This document shows positions 8,745-19,692 of a DNA stretch of 37,549 bases, piece after piece. Below the pieces are notes generated by a model that saw nothing but the letters and a program-made list of their open reading frames with translations, was not told the DNA's origin and did not search any database. Within the stretch, counting starts at the first letter, position 1; each line of letters opens with the position of its first letter. A program made the translations under genes and the position numbers. This DNA comes from Candidatus Omnitrophota bacterium (GTDB lineage Bacteria > Omnitrophota > Gorgyraeia > Duberdicusellales > 4484-171). The DNA is taken from NCBI GenBank assembly GCA_020352775.1, contig CP070684.1, positions 520,421 to 557,969 on the forward strand. Direction: 5' to 3'.

Positions 8745-11489
8745 ATGAATTACCGCGACACCCTTAATTTGCCGAAAACCGATTTTCCCATGAAGGCTAA
8801 TTTATCGGCGCTTGAACCGCGCATGCTTTCTAAGTGGGAGAAGATGCAGATTTATGAGCGTTTAGGAAAAGAGCGAAAAGACAATGATAAATTCATCCTT
8901 CATGACGGCCCTCCTTACGCTAACGGACTAATTCATGTGGGCACCGCCCTTAATAAACTGCTTAAAGACATCGTCCTTAAATATAAAGCATTGAGGGGGT
9001 TTAATGTTCCGTTTATTGTGGGCTGGGATTGTCACGGGCTTCCAGTGGAACACCAGTTGTTTAAGGAGTTAGAATCCAGTAAGCATGAAGTTGAAGTGGT
9101 TGATTTTCGCAAAAAAGCAAAAGAATTTGCCTTAAAGTATGTGGAATTGCAGAAGGAGGATTTTAAGAAACTGGGTGTATTTAGCGATTGGGATAATCCT
9201 TATCTTACCCTGGATCCAAAATATGAACAGACGGTAATAAAGTTGCTTGAGTTTCTGGTTCGAGAAGGGTATGTGTATCGCGGCCGAAAACCAGTAAATT
9301 GGTGCCCAACTTGCGAAACTGCTTTAGCTGAAGCAGAAGTAGAATATGCGGATAAAGAATCTGATTCGATTTATCTTCTGTTTAAGACCAAGAAAGAAAA
9401 AGAGCTTTTTGGCAAAAAAGACGTATATTTTCTTATCTGGACTACCACCCCCTGGACACTCATCTCAAACGTAGCAGTGGCAGTTCATCCTGATTATCAA
9501 TACGCCCTGGTTGATTATAAAGGAAAAATCATTCTCATCGGGCAGGATTTTGTTGACCGCCTTCAAGATAAATTCCAGGCCAAATTAACCACTCTTAAGA
9601 CCTTAACCGGTAAAGAGCTTGAAGGAATAACGCTTGAGCACCCCTTCTTAGAGCGCAACGCAACAGTTGTTTTGGCTGATTTTGTCTCTAAAGAAGAGGG
9701 TAGTGGCTGTGTTCATATTGCGCCTGGCCACGGCCAAGAGGATTTCTCCCTTACCCATAAATATCCCTTAGAGACTATTATGCCGGTTAATGAAAAGGGT
9801 GTTTTTGATGAGCCGGATAAATTTAAAGGTAAAAACATAGTTCAAGCCAATGAAGCGGTAATCAAAGCTTTAGGAGAAAACACTTTACTTATCAAGCATG
9901 AAAAAATACAGCATTCTTATCCACATTGTTGGCGTTGCAAAAACCCTATTATTTTCCGGGCGACTTTTCAATGGTTTATGAATGTGGATTATAATGATTT
10001 GCGCGATAAATTACTGGCTGAAGCTGAAAAAGTGCGCTGGGTCCCGCAAAGCGGTAAAGAGCGAATGAGGGGGATGTTAATTTTGCGGCCAGATTGGTGT
10101 CTTTCCCGCCAAAGACTTTGGGGGGTGCCGATTCCTGCCCTGAGGTGTAAACAATGCAACGAGGTTATCTTAAATAAAGATATTATTGCGCAAGTAGCTC
10201 GCGTTTTTGGTGAATGCGGTTCTGATTCATGGTTTACGCATAAACTCGATGATTTTATCCCCGCAGGGTTTAGCTGTGATAAGTGTGGCGCAAAAGATTT
10301 TGATAAAGAATACGATATTCTTGATGTCTGGTTTGAGTCCGGGGTAAGCTTTGCGGCAGTATTAAAGAACAATCCCGCACTTGATTTTCCAGCAGATATG
10401 TATTTAGAAGGGAGTGATCAACACCGGGGTTGGTTTCAGGTATCGCTTATTCCCTCGGTTGCGAAAGAGAGGCGCGCGCCTTTTAAAATCATTTTAACTC
10501 ATGGCTTTACGGTTGATGGGGAAGGTCGTAAAATGTCTAAGTCGTTAGGCAATGTCATTGCCCCCCAAGAGGTTATAAAAAAAGATGGCGCTGAGATTTT
10601 AAGGCTCTGGGCTGCTTATAGTGATTACAGTGAAGACGTAAAGATTTCAGAAGGTATTATAAAACAGCTGGTTGATATTTATCGAAAAATAAGGAATACG
10701 ATCCGTTTCATTATGGGTAACATCCATGATTTTGATATCGAAAAGCACGCGATGGACGTCAGCGCTTTGGTGGAGGTAGATCGCTACATGCTTTCGCGCA
10801 CCACCCAATTTGTAAATGAGGTTATTAATTGTTATGAGGATTTTAGTTTTTATCGTGCGGCTCAGAAAATCTTTAATTTTTGCAACCTTGATCTCAGTTC
10901 ATTTTATCTTGACATTTTAAAGGACAGACTTTATACTCTTTCCTCTAATTCAAAGGAGCGTCGCTCCTGCCAGTATGTTCTTTATTATATTTTAAAAGTT
11001 CTTTTAAAAGTGATTGCCCCCATATTATCGTTTACCGCTGAAGAGGTTTATGAGACATGGGAAAACCTTAAGGGCAGGAAGGATTCAATCTTTCTTGATA
11101 CGATCGATGAGGATCTTTCGCCGCAATTATTTGATGAAGAGTTGATGCAACGTTGGGAAAGAATCCTTTCGCTTCGCGATGAGGCCTTAAAAGAAATCGA
11201 GAAAATGCGCGAAGGGGGTCAAATCGGAAGCTCTTTGGAAGCAGAGGTCAGCCTGCATTTACCCAAAGCCGAATATAAGTTATTTTCTAACGATACTGAC
11301 ACCTTAAGAGAGGTGTTTATCGTATCGGATGTCTTGACAAAAGAGGGTGAGTTTAAGGTTGAGGTGAAAAAAGCAAGCGGAGCTAAATGCATCCGGTGCT
11401 GGAACTGGAGAAAAGACATAGGCTTAAATAAAGAATTTCCCGAAATCTGCGCACGTTGTGCGAATGCATTAAAAGGAGGAAGTAAATGA
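8745..11489 (+). CDS. ileS: Isoleucine-tRNA ligase (type 1)
   Basis: LHDGPPYANG, GWDCHGLP, WTTTPWT, KMSKS and a C-terminal CxxC...CxxC zinc finger. Confidence 0.97.
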   Translation: MNYRDTLNLPKTDFPMKANLSALEPRMLSKWEKMQIYERLGKERKDNDKFILHDGPPYANGLIHVGTALNKLLKDIVLKYKALRGFNVPFIVGWDCHGLPVEHQLFKELESSKHEVEVVDFRKKAKEFALKYVELQKEDFKKLGVFSDWDNPYLTLDPKYEQTVIKLLEFLVREGYVYRGRKPVNWCPTCETALAEAEVEYADKESDSIYLLFKTKKEKELFGKKDVYFLIWTTTPWTLISNVAVAVHPDYQYALVDYKGKIILIGQDFVDRLQDKFQAKLTTLKTLTGKELEGITLEHPFLERNATVVLADFVSKEEGSGCVHIAPGHGQEDFSLTHKYPLETIMPVNEKGVFDEPDKFKGKNIVQANEAVIKALGENTLLIKHEKIQHSYPHCWRCKNPIIFRATFQWFMNVDYNDLRDKLLAEAEKVRWVPQSGKERMRGMLILRPDWCLSRQRLWGVPIPALRCKQCNEVILNKDIIAQVARVFGECGSDSWFTHKLDDFIPAGFSCDKCGAKDFDKEYDILDVWFESGVSFAAVLKNNPALDFPADMYLEGSDQHRGWFQVSLIPSVAKERRAPFKIILTHGFTVDGEGRKMSKSLGNVIAPQEVIKKDGAEILRLWAAYSDYSEDVKISEGIIKQLVDIYRKIRNTIRFIMGNIHDFDIEKHAMDVSALVEVDRYMLSRTTQFVNEVINCYEDFSFYRAAQKIFNFCNLDLSSFYLDILKDRLYTLSSNSKERRSCQYVLYYILKVLLKVIAPILSFTAEEVYETWENLKGRKDSIFLDTIDEDLSPQLFDEELMQRWERILSLRDEALKEIEKMREGGQIGSSLEAEVSLHLPKAEYKLFSNDTDTLREVFIVSDVLTKEGEFKVEVKKASGAKCIRCWNWRKDIGLNKEFPEICARCANALKGGSK

Positions 11490-12118
11490 AGAAAGCAAAA
11501 GCCAAAAAGAGCAAAAAGAAAGCCGCAAGAAAAACAAAGAAAAAAAGCGTAAAGAAAACGGTTAGGAAAGCAAAAAAGAAAGTACTCAAAAAACGCGTAA
11601 AAAAAGCTGTAAAGAAAGTAAGAAAGAAGGTTGTTAAAAAGGCGGTAAAAAAAGCAATAAAAAAGAAAACAAAGCCAAAAGCAAAGAAGATCTTAAAGCC
11701 TATCAAGGCGAAAAAGCCCGCTAAAATAAAAACTCCTTATTCGAAAAGAGAGCTAAAGAGCTTTAGAGAGCTTTTACTGAACCTCAAAGAGGATGTCTTA
11801 GAAAGAATACGTGAGATGTCCGAGGATACGCTCATGAAATCACGCAAAGAGCTTTCCGGCGATATCTCCGGATACTCCATACATCTGGCAGATATGGCTA
11901 GTGATAACTACGAGCGAGATTTTAATCTCGGTCTTGTTTCAAACGAACGAAGGCTTTTGTTGGAAATCGACGAAGCCTTAAAGCGAATCGAAGAAGAAAC
12001 CTACGGGATATGCGTGCTTTCCGGAAAACCCATTTCCAAAACACGCCTCAAAGTAATACCCTATGCAAAGTACTGCAAAAACGTGCAGGAAAAGCTTGAA
12101 AGAGAAGGTAAACTATAA
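11486..12118 (+). CDS. DksA/TraR-family transcription factor with a Lys/Ala-rich histone-like N-terminus
   Basis: HLADMASD coiled-coil tip, EIDEALKRIEE.TYGIC...RL..IPYA.YC; about 80 aa K-rich N-terminal extension; ileS-dksA-lspA order. Confidence 0.85.
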   Translation: MKKAKAKKSKKKAARKTKKKSVKKTVRKAKKKVLKKRVKKAVKKVRKKVVKKAVKKAIKKKTKPKAKKILKPIKAKKPAKIKTPYSKRELKSFRELLLNLKEDVLERIREMSEDTLMKSRKELSGDISGYSIHLADMASDNYERDFNLGLVSNERRLLLEIDEALKRIEEETYGICVLSGKPISKTRLKVIPYAKYCKNVQEKLEREGKL

Positions 12119-12129
12119 GGCATGGGGTA

Positions 12130-12561
12130 GTGTGGGGCGTTGCAGCGTTAGTCTTCTTTTGCGACCTCCTTGTTAAAGGGTATCTGAGACATAATCTTGC
12201 CTTTCAATCGATACCGGTCATAAAAAATATTTTCCATATCACGGTGGTATTTAATACCGGCGCGGCATTCGGGGTCTTGCAGGGAAAAACCACTTTTATA
12301 ATCTATATTACTGTATTATTTATTCTCTGGCTTTTCATCTTTCTCAGGAAAGAGAAACAAATCAAGCCTAAATTTGCCATTCCTTATGGCTTGATTTTTG
12401 GGGGAGCACTTTCTAATCTTTATGACCGTCTTCTTTTAGGATATGTAGTGGATTATATTGATCTAAGAGTATGGCCGGTCTTTAACCTTTCTGATACCTG
12501 TATTACAATCGGAATTGGCCTGCTTTTGATTTATTCCTTCAGACCTCAAAAACAAAGCTGA
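12130..12561 (+). CDS. lspA: Lipoprotein signal peptidase II
   Basis: N.GAAFG, GGALSNLYDR, VVDYID, WPVFNLSD motifs. Confidence 0.93.
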   Translation: MWGVAALVFFCDLLVKGYLRHNLAFQSIPVIKNIFHITVVFNTGAAFGVLQGKTTFIIYITVLFILWLFIFLRKEKQIKPKFAIPYGLIFGGALSNLYDRLLLGYVVDYIDLRVWPVFNLSDTCITIGIGLLLIYSFRPQKQS

Positions 12562-12562
12562 T

Positions 12563-13468
12563 ATGCATAAAGAACTGAGCGTGGGGCACAACGAGAACGG
12601 CGAACGCCTGGACCGGATTTTGGCCGTACATATCACGTCTTTTTCTCGCAGCAAACTGCACGACTTAATTGAAAACGGCAATGTGCTGGTGAATGGCCAG
12701 GTCAAAAAGCCCAGTTTTCATCTTAAGACCGGTGATCGTATTTTAATTAAAATCGAAAAACCCAAAGAAGAGCCCGCTCTCTATGAATGCCAAATACCTA
12801 TTATTTATGAAGATAATGACATCATTGTGGTAGATAAACCGTCTGGGTTAGTAGTACATCCTCCACATCCAGGCTATGTAGAAACATTAGTCAATGCTCT
12901 TACTTTTATGAAAAAGGAATTATCAACTGTGGATATTTCCAGAAGAGGAGTGGTACACAGGTTGGATAAAGAGACTAGCGGGGTGATGATCCTGGCAAAA
13001 AATAATGAAAGCCATAATAACCTCGTAACTCAGTTTAAAGAAAGAAAAGTTAAAAAAGAATATCAGGCAATCTGTTGGGGGCAAGTTAAAAAAGAAAGCA
13101 TCCGGCTGGATTTACCCCTAAAGCGTGATGAGAAAAAACGCCTACGAATGAAGGTGAGCTTTGTGGGGGCAAAAAGAGCTTTGACTGAAATTATACCACT
13201 TAAGAAATTTGAGGACTCAACCCTTCTTTCCATAAGACTTTATACTGGACGCATGCATCAAATAAGGGTGCATCTTAACTTTTTAGGGTATCCTATCGTG
13301 GGTGACAAGAAATACGGCAAGAAAGATAAATACGAGGAGCTTTTCCTACATTCTCATTGCTTGGGCCTGCACCACCCACGCAGCAAAAAACCCTTAGAAT
13401 TTGTTTCGCCAATACCAGAGCGTTTTAAAAAATTTGTCGAAAGTAAAAACCAATTGTATAATAAATAG
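12563..13468 (+). CDS. RluA/RluD-family pseudouridine synthase with S4 domain
   Basis: RLD..SRS S4 domain, KPSGLVVHP, HRLDKETSG, TGRMHQIRVH. Confidence 0.92.
   Translation: MHKELSVGHNENGERLDRILAVHITSFSRSKLHDLIENGNVLVNGQVKKPSFHLKTGDRILIKIEKPKEEPALYECQIPIIYEDNDIIVVDKPSGLVVHPPHPGYVETLVNALTFMKKELSTVDISRRGVVHRLDKETSGVMILAKNNESHNNLVTQFKERKVKKEYQAICWGQVKKESIRLDLPLKRDEKKRLRMKVSFVGAKRALTEIIPLKKFEDSTLLSIRLYTGRMHQIRVHLNFLGYPIVGDKKYGKKDKYEELFLHSHCLGLHHPRSKKPLEFVSPIPERFKKFVESKNQLYNK
13434..13462 (+). promoter_or_regulatory. Putative sigma70 promoter for aroA inside the 3' end of the pseudouridine synthase gene
   Basis: TTGTCG (13434-39), 17 nt spacer, TATAAT (13457-62). Confidence 0.45.
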
Positions 13469-13472
13469 CAAG

Positions 13473-14789
13473 ATGAAATACGAAATAAAACCACCCCCGG
13501 CATTAAAAAAAGAAATCAAAGTTCCTCCGGATAAGTCGATCTCTCACCGTGCAGTTATGCTTTCCTCGCTATGCAAAGGAAAAACAGTAATAAAACCGTT
13601 TTTAAAAAGCGACGATACCCTGGCTACACTACATTGTATGAGCAGGCTGGGCGTGAATACCTACTTAAAGGATTATGAGCTAGTCATTGAGGGCTCAGGT
13701 CTACAATTTCCTTGTAATAACGCAGTGCGCCTTTATGCTCAGGACTCAGGTACGACCATGAGGATTTTAAGTGGTCTTTTATGTGCCCAAAAAATTCCTT
13801 CAATATTTGAGGCTTCACCTTCCCTAGAGCGCCGGCCCATGAAAAGAATAACTATTCCACTGCGAATGATGGGTGCAAATATTGAAGGGAAAAGAAAAGG
13901 CTCAAACGAGTATCCGCCACTTACCATAATACCGGTTAAAAAACTCAAAGGCATAAAATATGCGCTTGCCGTTGCCAGTGCCCAGGTTAAATCCGCAATC
14001 ATGCTCGCAGCACTATACGCTGATAAGCCTACAACGATTAGTGAGCCGTTTCAGTCCCGTGATCATACCGAGCGCATGCTAAAACTATTTAAGGCAAGGA
14101 TAAGGAAAAAAGGCAAAGCTATTATCTGCCAACCCACTAAAAACCTCATCTCTCCTAAAAAGGTTTTTATTCCGGGGGATTTCTCTTCCGCATCATTTTT
14201 TATTATTCTGGGGTTAATCTTAAAAAATAGCCAACTGCGCATTAAAAACGTAAATATTAATCCTACCCGCTGTGGCCTTCTTAAAGTATTAAAAAGAATG
14301 GGGGCCAATATCAGAATCGTAAATAAAAAGGGAGGATATGAGCCTTATGCAGATATTATTGTAAAGAGCTCTAAGCTTAAAGCAACCAAAGTGGCTGAGA
14401 AAGAAATCCCTTTAATGATTGATGAAATTCCTATTCTTTGTGTGGCAGCCGCATTTGCCAAGGGTAAAACCATTATAAATGGAGTGGAGGAGTTAGTTAT
14501 AAAAGAGACTAACCGCGTTAGTTCCATGATATTTAATTTACTTAAGGCGGGAGTAAAAGTGGGTACCTTAACCTATCCCAAGAAAAGCGCCAAGCAACAT
14601 GTAATGTTGTCAGTTGAGGGGAAAAAGCAATTTAAGGCTGCTGATTTTAAAAGTTTCAATGATCACCGTACCGCGATGAGTATGGTTATTTTTGCCATGG
14701 CAGCCCAGAAATCTTTTACTATTGACAATATTAAATGCATTAATAAATCCTTTCCAGAATTTATTCCCCTAATTAATTCGTTATACTGA
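13473..14789 (+). CDS. aroA: 3-phosphoshikimate 1-carboxyvinyltransferase (start placed at ATG 13473)
   Basis: PPDKSISHR, SGTT.R, RPM.R, ASAQVKSA, SRDHTE, IDEIP, KETNR, DHR.AM. Confidence 0.95.
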   Translation: MKYEIKPPPALKKEIKVPPDKSISHRAVMLSSLCKGKTVIKPFLKSDDTLATLHCMSRLGVNTYLKDYELVIEGSGLQFPCNNAVRLYAQDSGTTMRILSGLLCAQKIPSIFEASPSLERRPMKRITIPLRMMGANIEGKRKGSNEYPPLTIIPVKKLKGIKYALAVASAQVKSAIMLAALYADKPTTISEPFQSRDHTERMLKLFKARIRKKGKAIICQPTKNLISPKKVFIPGDFSSASFFIILGLILKNSQLRIKNVNINPTRCGLLKVLKRMGANIRIVNKKGGYEPYADIIVKSSKLKATKVAEKEIPLMIDEIPILCVAAAFAKGKTIINGVEELVIKETNRVSSMIFNLLKAGVKVGTLTYPKKSAKQHVMLSVEGKKQFKAADFKSFNDHRTAMSMVIFAMAAQKSFTIDNIKCINKSFPEFIPLINSLY

Positions 14790-14795
14790 AAAGAT

Positions 14796-15548
14796 ATGAA
14801 AATCGTAAGGCTCCTTTATAAAAAAGAAGAATTATGGGGGATACTTAAGAATAACCACATTAATACGGTGCGCAATCACCCTTATCAACGAATAAGATTA
14901 ACTTCTAAACAAATCCTTTTTAAAAAAGTAAAGCTCCTTGCGCCTACAATTCCCACTAAGATTATACTGGCCGGGCTTAACTATAAAGATCATGCGCGGG
15001 AATTAAAGATGAAAATCCCCAAAGAACCGGTGATTTTCCTAAAGCCTCCCACCACAATTGTCGGGCATAATGAGGCAATAGTCTATCCTGAAGGAGTCAA
15101 ACGCCTGGATTATGAGGCAGAATTGGCAGTGGTCATTAAAAAAAGAGCAAGAAATATTTCAGCCCGAAACGCCAAAAAGTATATTTTGGGCTACACCTGT
15201 CTTAATGATGTTACTGCACGGGACTTACAGAAAAAAGACGGTCAATGGACGCGCGCAAAGTCATTTGATACTTTCTGTCCCATTGGGCCCTGGGTTGAGA
15301 CTGATTTTAATCCTGAAAAAGCCAACATTAAGCTTTACGTAAATGGAAAGCTAAAACAAGACTCCTGTACTTCTAATTTTATATTCTCAGTGGATTATCT
15401 TGTTTCATTTATTTCTAAGGTTATGACCCTTTTACCCGGAGACGTCATTTCTAGCGGCACCCCTGCCGGAGTGGGACCGCTTAAAAAACATAATATCGTA
15501 GAGGTTGAAATAAAGGGGATTGGCCGCCTAAGAAATAAGATTATCTGA
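14796..15548 (+). CDS. Fumarylacetoacetate hydrolase family protein
   Basis: GLNY..HA.E, FLKP, DYEAEL, NDVTARD.Q, AKSFDTFCP.GP, GTPAGVG. Confidence 0.92.
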   Translation: MKIVRLLYKKEELWGILKNNHINTVRNHPYQRIRLTSKQILFKKVKLLAPTIPTKIILAGLNYKDHARELKMKIPKEPVIFLKPPTTIVGHNEAIVYPEGVKRLDYEAELAVVIKKRARNISARNAKKYILGYTCLNDVTARDLQKKDGQWTRAKSFDTFCPIGPWVETDFNPEKANIKLYVNGKLKQDSCTSNFIFSVDYLVSFISKVMTLLPGDVISSGTPAGVGPLKKHNIVEVEIKGIGRLRNKII

Positions 15549-15592
15549 ATGCATTCAGGGCCGCGATTATTTAAATGCTTCCATTTTCTTTC

Positions 15593-15620
15593 TTGACAAT
15601 TAGATGCGTATATATATAAT
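15593..15620 (+). promoter_or_regulatory. sigma70 promoter of nfnA-nfnB-gdhA
   Basis: Consensus TTGACA (15593-98), 16 nt spacer, TATAAT (15615-20). Confidence 0.75.
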
Positions 15621-15632
15621 AATAAAACTTTC

Positions 15633-15677
15633 AGGACAAAGGCGTCCTTATGCCAAAGGGGCGCTTTTTTTATTTTT
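15633..15677 (+). promoter_or_regulatory. ANTAR-type RNA hairpin overlapping an intrinsic terminator (module N1)
   Basis: AGGAC-AAAGGC-GTCCT (hexaloop A1/G4, 15633-48), then GCC-AAAGG-GGC; alternative terminator stem GCGTCCTT (15642-49)/AGGGGCGC (15657-64) followed by a T-tract. Confidence 0.75.
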
Positions 15678-15714
15678 GCTCCCTTTAAATGAACTACAAA
15701 TTGCAACGTAAACA

Positions 15715-16575
15715 ATGAAGATACTAACTAAAGAAATACTAGCTCAAACTTCCGATACAAGGATTACCAAAATCGAAATCGAAGCCCCCCTTATAGCCAA
15801 AAAAGTTCAAGCCGGACAATTCGTTCTTTTGATGGTCACTGAAAAAGGGGAAAGAATCCCTTTGACTGTTGTCGGTAACGATCCCCAACGCGAGAGTATA
15901 ACTCTTATTTTTCAGGAAGTTGGGTATTCGACAAAAATTTTAGGTACCTTAAATATCGAAGATTCTCTATATGCCCTTGTCGGTCCCCTGGGACATCCTA
16001 CCCCCATAAAGAATTACGGCAGGATTCTGGTGATTGGAGGCGGGGTAGGAATTGCAGAAATCCTTCCGGTAGCTAAAGCGCTTAAGGAAGCAGGTAATGT
16101 GGTTTATTCGATTCTGGGCGCGCGGACAAAAGAATTACTGATTTTAAAAAATGAAATCAAGAGCTATTCCGATAACCTATATATAGCCACTGATGACGGC
16201 AGTTTAGGGCAAAAAGGATTTGTCAGTAATATTTTAGAAAAAATACTAAAAGAGGATAAGGATTTTCAATTGGTTTACTGCGTGGGTCCGGTTCCGATGA
16301 TGAAAGTCGTTTCTAATGTAACACGGCCTTATAAAATAAAAACATTAGTGTGTTTAAACGCCATTATGCTTGATGCAACAGGAATGTGCGGCGGTTGCCG
16401 TCTCATTGAAGGAGGAAAGGTCAAATTTTGCTGTGTCGACGGGCCGGAGTTTAATGGTCATGAGGTTGATTTTGATGAACTGATGCACCGACAGGGTCGG
16501 TTCATTAATGAAGAGAAAGTATCGTTACGTAAACTCAAACATAAATGCAAACTGGATTCGGGTAAAAAGAAATGA
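15715..16575 (+). CDS. nfnA: NfnA/SudB-like FAD/NAD [2Fe-2S] subunit of electron-bifurcating transhydrogenase
   Basis: GERIPLT, GPLG.P, GGGVG.A, TDDGS.G, GPVPMM, D.TGMCGGCR...CVDGPEF. Confidence 0.82.
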   Translation: MKILTKEILAQTSDTRITKIEIEAPLIAKKVQAGQFVLLMVTEKGERIPLTVVGNDPQRESITLIFQEVGYSTKILGTLNIEDSLYALVGPLGHPTPIKNYGRILVIGGGVGIAEILPVAKALKEAGNVVYSILGARTKELLILKNEIKSYSDNLYIATDDGSLGQKGFVSNILEKILKEDKDFQLVYCVGPVPMMKVVSNVTRPYKIKTLVCLNAIMLDATGMCGGCRLIEGGKVKFCCVDGPEFNGHEVDFDELMHRQGRFINEEKVSLRKLKHKCKLDSGKKK

Positions 16576-17969
16576 AAAGAAAAAAGCCTGAAGGACAAAT
16601 AACAAAAATCCCCTTAAAGCAAAGGAGACGTACGTTTACGGAAGTCTCCAGGGGTTTTAGCCTCCCGGAGGCACTTAAGGAAGCATGCCGCTGTCTTCAA
16701 TGTAAAGAGCCAATGTGTAAGGCGGGTTGTCCGGCAGGCATTGACATTAAAGAATTTATCAGACTAATCCAGGAAAAAAACTATATGGGTGCAGTTAAGA
16801 AAATAAAAGAGACTAATAATTTGCCGGGAGTATGTGGCCGGGTGTGCCCCCAGGAAGAACAATGCCAGCTTTACTGTATCTTAAAGAATAAAGGCAATGC
16901 TATCAAAATCGGGTACCTGGAAAGGTTTGTGGCTGATTGGGAGCTTGAGCACGCAGTGCAATATAGAGTGGCACATATTCAGCAGCAAAAACCAACTAAG
17001 GTTGCAGTAATTGGTTCAGGGCCAGCTGGCCTTACCTGCGCAGCGGATTTAGTCCAAGAAGGATTTGAAGTTCATTTATTTGAAGCATTGCACAAACCCG
17101 GTGGAGTTCTTGTGTATGGCATCCCAGAATTCAGACTTCCTAAACATATCGTTAACGAAGAGGTAGATTATATTGAAAGTCTGGGGGTTGCGGTTCATAA
17201 AAACTTTTTGGTCGGCAGAACTAAAACTATTGATGAGTTAAAAAATGAAGGGTTTAAAGCTTTTTTTATCGGAGTAGGAGCCGGGGCACCTAAATTTTTA
17301 GGGATTCCGGGTGAGATTTTAAATGGGGTTTATTCGGCAAATGAATTCCTTACCCGGGTTAATTTAATGAAAGGTTATCGTTTTCCGGAATATGATACCC
17401 CGGTAACAGTGGGTAAAATAGTCGGCGTATTTGGGGGAGGAAACGTTGCTTTTGACTGCGCGCGTTCAGCATTACGTTTAGGTGCAGCTAAAGTTTGTAT
17501 GATTTATCGCCGTACTGAAACGGAAATGCCGGCACGGGATGAAGAAATAGAAAATGCAAAAGAAGAAGGTATAAAACTTCGCCTTTTAGTTTCACCTAAA
17601 GAGTTTATTGCCGATAAAAAAGGTAATATAAAAGGAGTGCGCTGTATTAAAAATAAGCTTGGTGAACCGGATTCATCCGGCAGGCGCTCACCTGTTCCTA
17701 TTCAAGGCTCGAAATTTACCATTAAAATTGATACCGCCATTGTAGCCATCGGCACCATGGCGAATCCGCTCCTGCTTCAGACAATCCCAGGGTTAGAGTT
17801 AACCTCAAAAGGTTACATTAATGTGAATGATAATTACCAGACTTCGGTTCCGGATATTTTTGCCGGGGGAGATATTGTAAGCGGTTCGGCAACTGTAATA
17901 AGCGCAATCCAGCAGGCAAAGCTTGCTGCCAAATCCATAAAAGATTATCTTAGCGCCAGCGGCGCTTAA
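16572..17969 (+). CDS. nfnB: NfnB/SudA (GltD-like) NADPH flavoprotein with two Fe-S clusters
   Basis: RCLQC...C..GCP, CGRVCPQE.QC...C, GSGPAGL, YGIPEFRLPK, GGGNVA.D, AGGD; ATGA overlap with nfnA. Confidence 0.82.
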   Translation: MKRKKPEGQITKIPLKQRRRTFTEVSRGFSLPEALKEACRCLQCKEPMCKAGCPAGIDIKEFIRLIQEKNYMGAVKKIKETNNLPGVCGRVCPQEEQCQLYCILKNKGNAIKIGYLERFVADWELEHAVQYRVAHIQQQKPTKVAVIGSGPAGLTCAADLVQEGFEVHLFEALHKPGGVLVYGIPEFRLPKHIVNEEVDYIESLGVAVHKNFLVGRTKTIDELKNEGFKAFFIGVGAGAPKFLGIPGEILNGVYSANEFLTRVNLMKGYRFPEYDTPVTVGKIVGVFGGGNVAFDCARSALRLGAAKVCMIYRRTETEMPARDEEIENAKEEGIKLRLLVSPKEFIADKKGNIKGVRCIKNKLGEPDSSGRRSPVPIQGSKFTIKIDTAIVAIGTMANPLLLQTIPGLELTSKGYINVNDNYQTSVPDIFAGGDIVSGSATVISAIQQAKLAAKSIKDYLSASGA

Positions 17970-18027
17970 GCGATTTCTATACGGCGACAGCATTTGTCGG
18001 TTTTAATTGTTGAGTAGTAATATCTAA

Positions 18028-19371
<1,344 letters not shown>

Positions 19372-19410
19372 GGCAAAAAGGGATTAAAAATTTAAGAGAT
19401 GTAAAAGAAC

Positions 19411-19439
19411 TTGACAAATTTAAAATAGTGTGTTATATT
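19411..19439 (+). promoter_or_regulatory. sigma70 promoter of the glutamate-synthase-like gene leader
   Basis: TTGACA (19411-16), 17 nt spacer, extended TG.TATATT (19431-39). Confidence 0.7.
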
Positions 19440-19447
19440 TCTTCTAC

Positions 19448-19509
19448 GAAACACAAAGGTTGTGTTTCTTGGAAAGGACAAGGACGTTAAAAAAAGACGT
19501 CCTTTTTTT
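19448..19509 (+). promoter_or_regulatory. ANTAR dual hairpin plus terminator (module G1)
   Basis: P1 GAAACAC-AAAGGTT-GTGTTTC; P2 GAC-AAGGAC-GTT (A1/G4); terminator AAGGACGT (19480-87)/ACGTCCTT (19497-504) plus T-tract sequesters P2. Confidence 0.75.
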
Positions 19510-19526
19510 ATTTTTAGGTCCTTTCA

Positions 19527-19593
19527 TTCAAAGTTAGAAAACCGGATAATGGCGTCCTTTTTGACAGCAAAGACTGTTGGGGGGCGTTTTTTT
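19527..19593 (+). promoter_or_regulatory. ANTAR hairpin plus terminator (module G2)
   Basis: Weak P1 TTC-AAAGTTA-GAA; P2 GGAT-AATGGC-GTCC (19544-57); terminator GCGTCCT..TTGACAG-CAAAGA-CTGTTGG-GGGGCGT plus T7. Confidence 0.72.
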
Positions 19594-19598
19594 ATTTA

Positions 19599-19692
19599 GT
19601 CAATAACTTGCGTTTTTAAGGCGGGTTATTGACACGTTATAGGACGATGGCGTTCTAAGCCTGAACCAAAGGCATGGAACGCTATTTTTTTT
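19599..19692 (+). promoter_or_regulatory. Long hairpin, ANTAR hairpin and terminator (module G3)
   Basis: GTCAATAACTTGC...GCGGGTTATTGAC stem (19599-633); AGGAC-GATGGC-GTTCT (19641-56); terminator TGGCGTTCTA (19648-57)/TGGAACGCTA (19675-84) plus T8. Confidence 0.72.

Noticed and set aside
11489-11730. A-rich periodic DNA as a non-coding tandem repeat
   Set aside because: Explained by Lys codons of the in-frame histone-like extension, which has an SD (AGGAGG) before 11486.
16572-17969. Calling this gltD of a canonical GltBD glutamate synthase
   Set aside because: It is translationally coupled to an NfnA/SudB-type gene and there is no full-length gltB in the window, so NfnB fits better.
17985-18004. 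CGACA-GCATT-TGTCG hairpin plus GTTTT between nfnB and gdhA as a seventh ANTAR module
   Set aside because: No A1/G4 hexaloop with a pairing stem overlaps it; at most a weak terminator or stability hairpin.
19448-19692. Repeated GGAC..GGCGTCC units as a CRISPR array or REP repeats
   Set aside because: Units are degenerate, irregularly spaced and tied to terminators; no cas genes are present.
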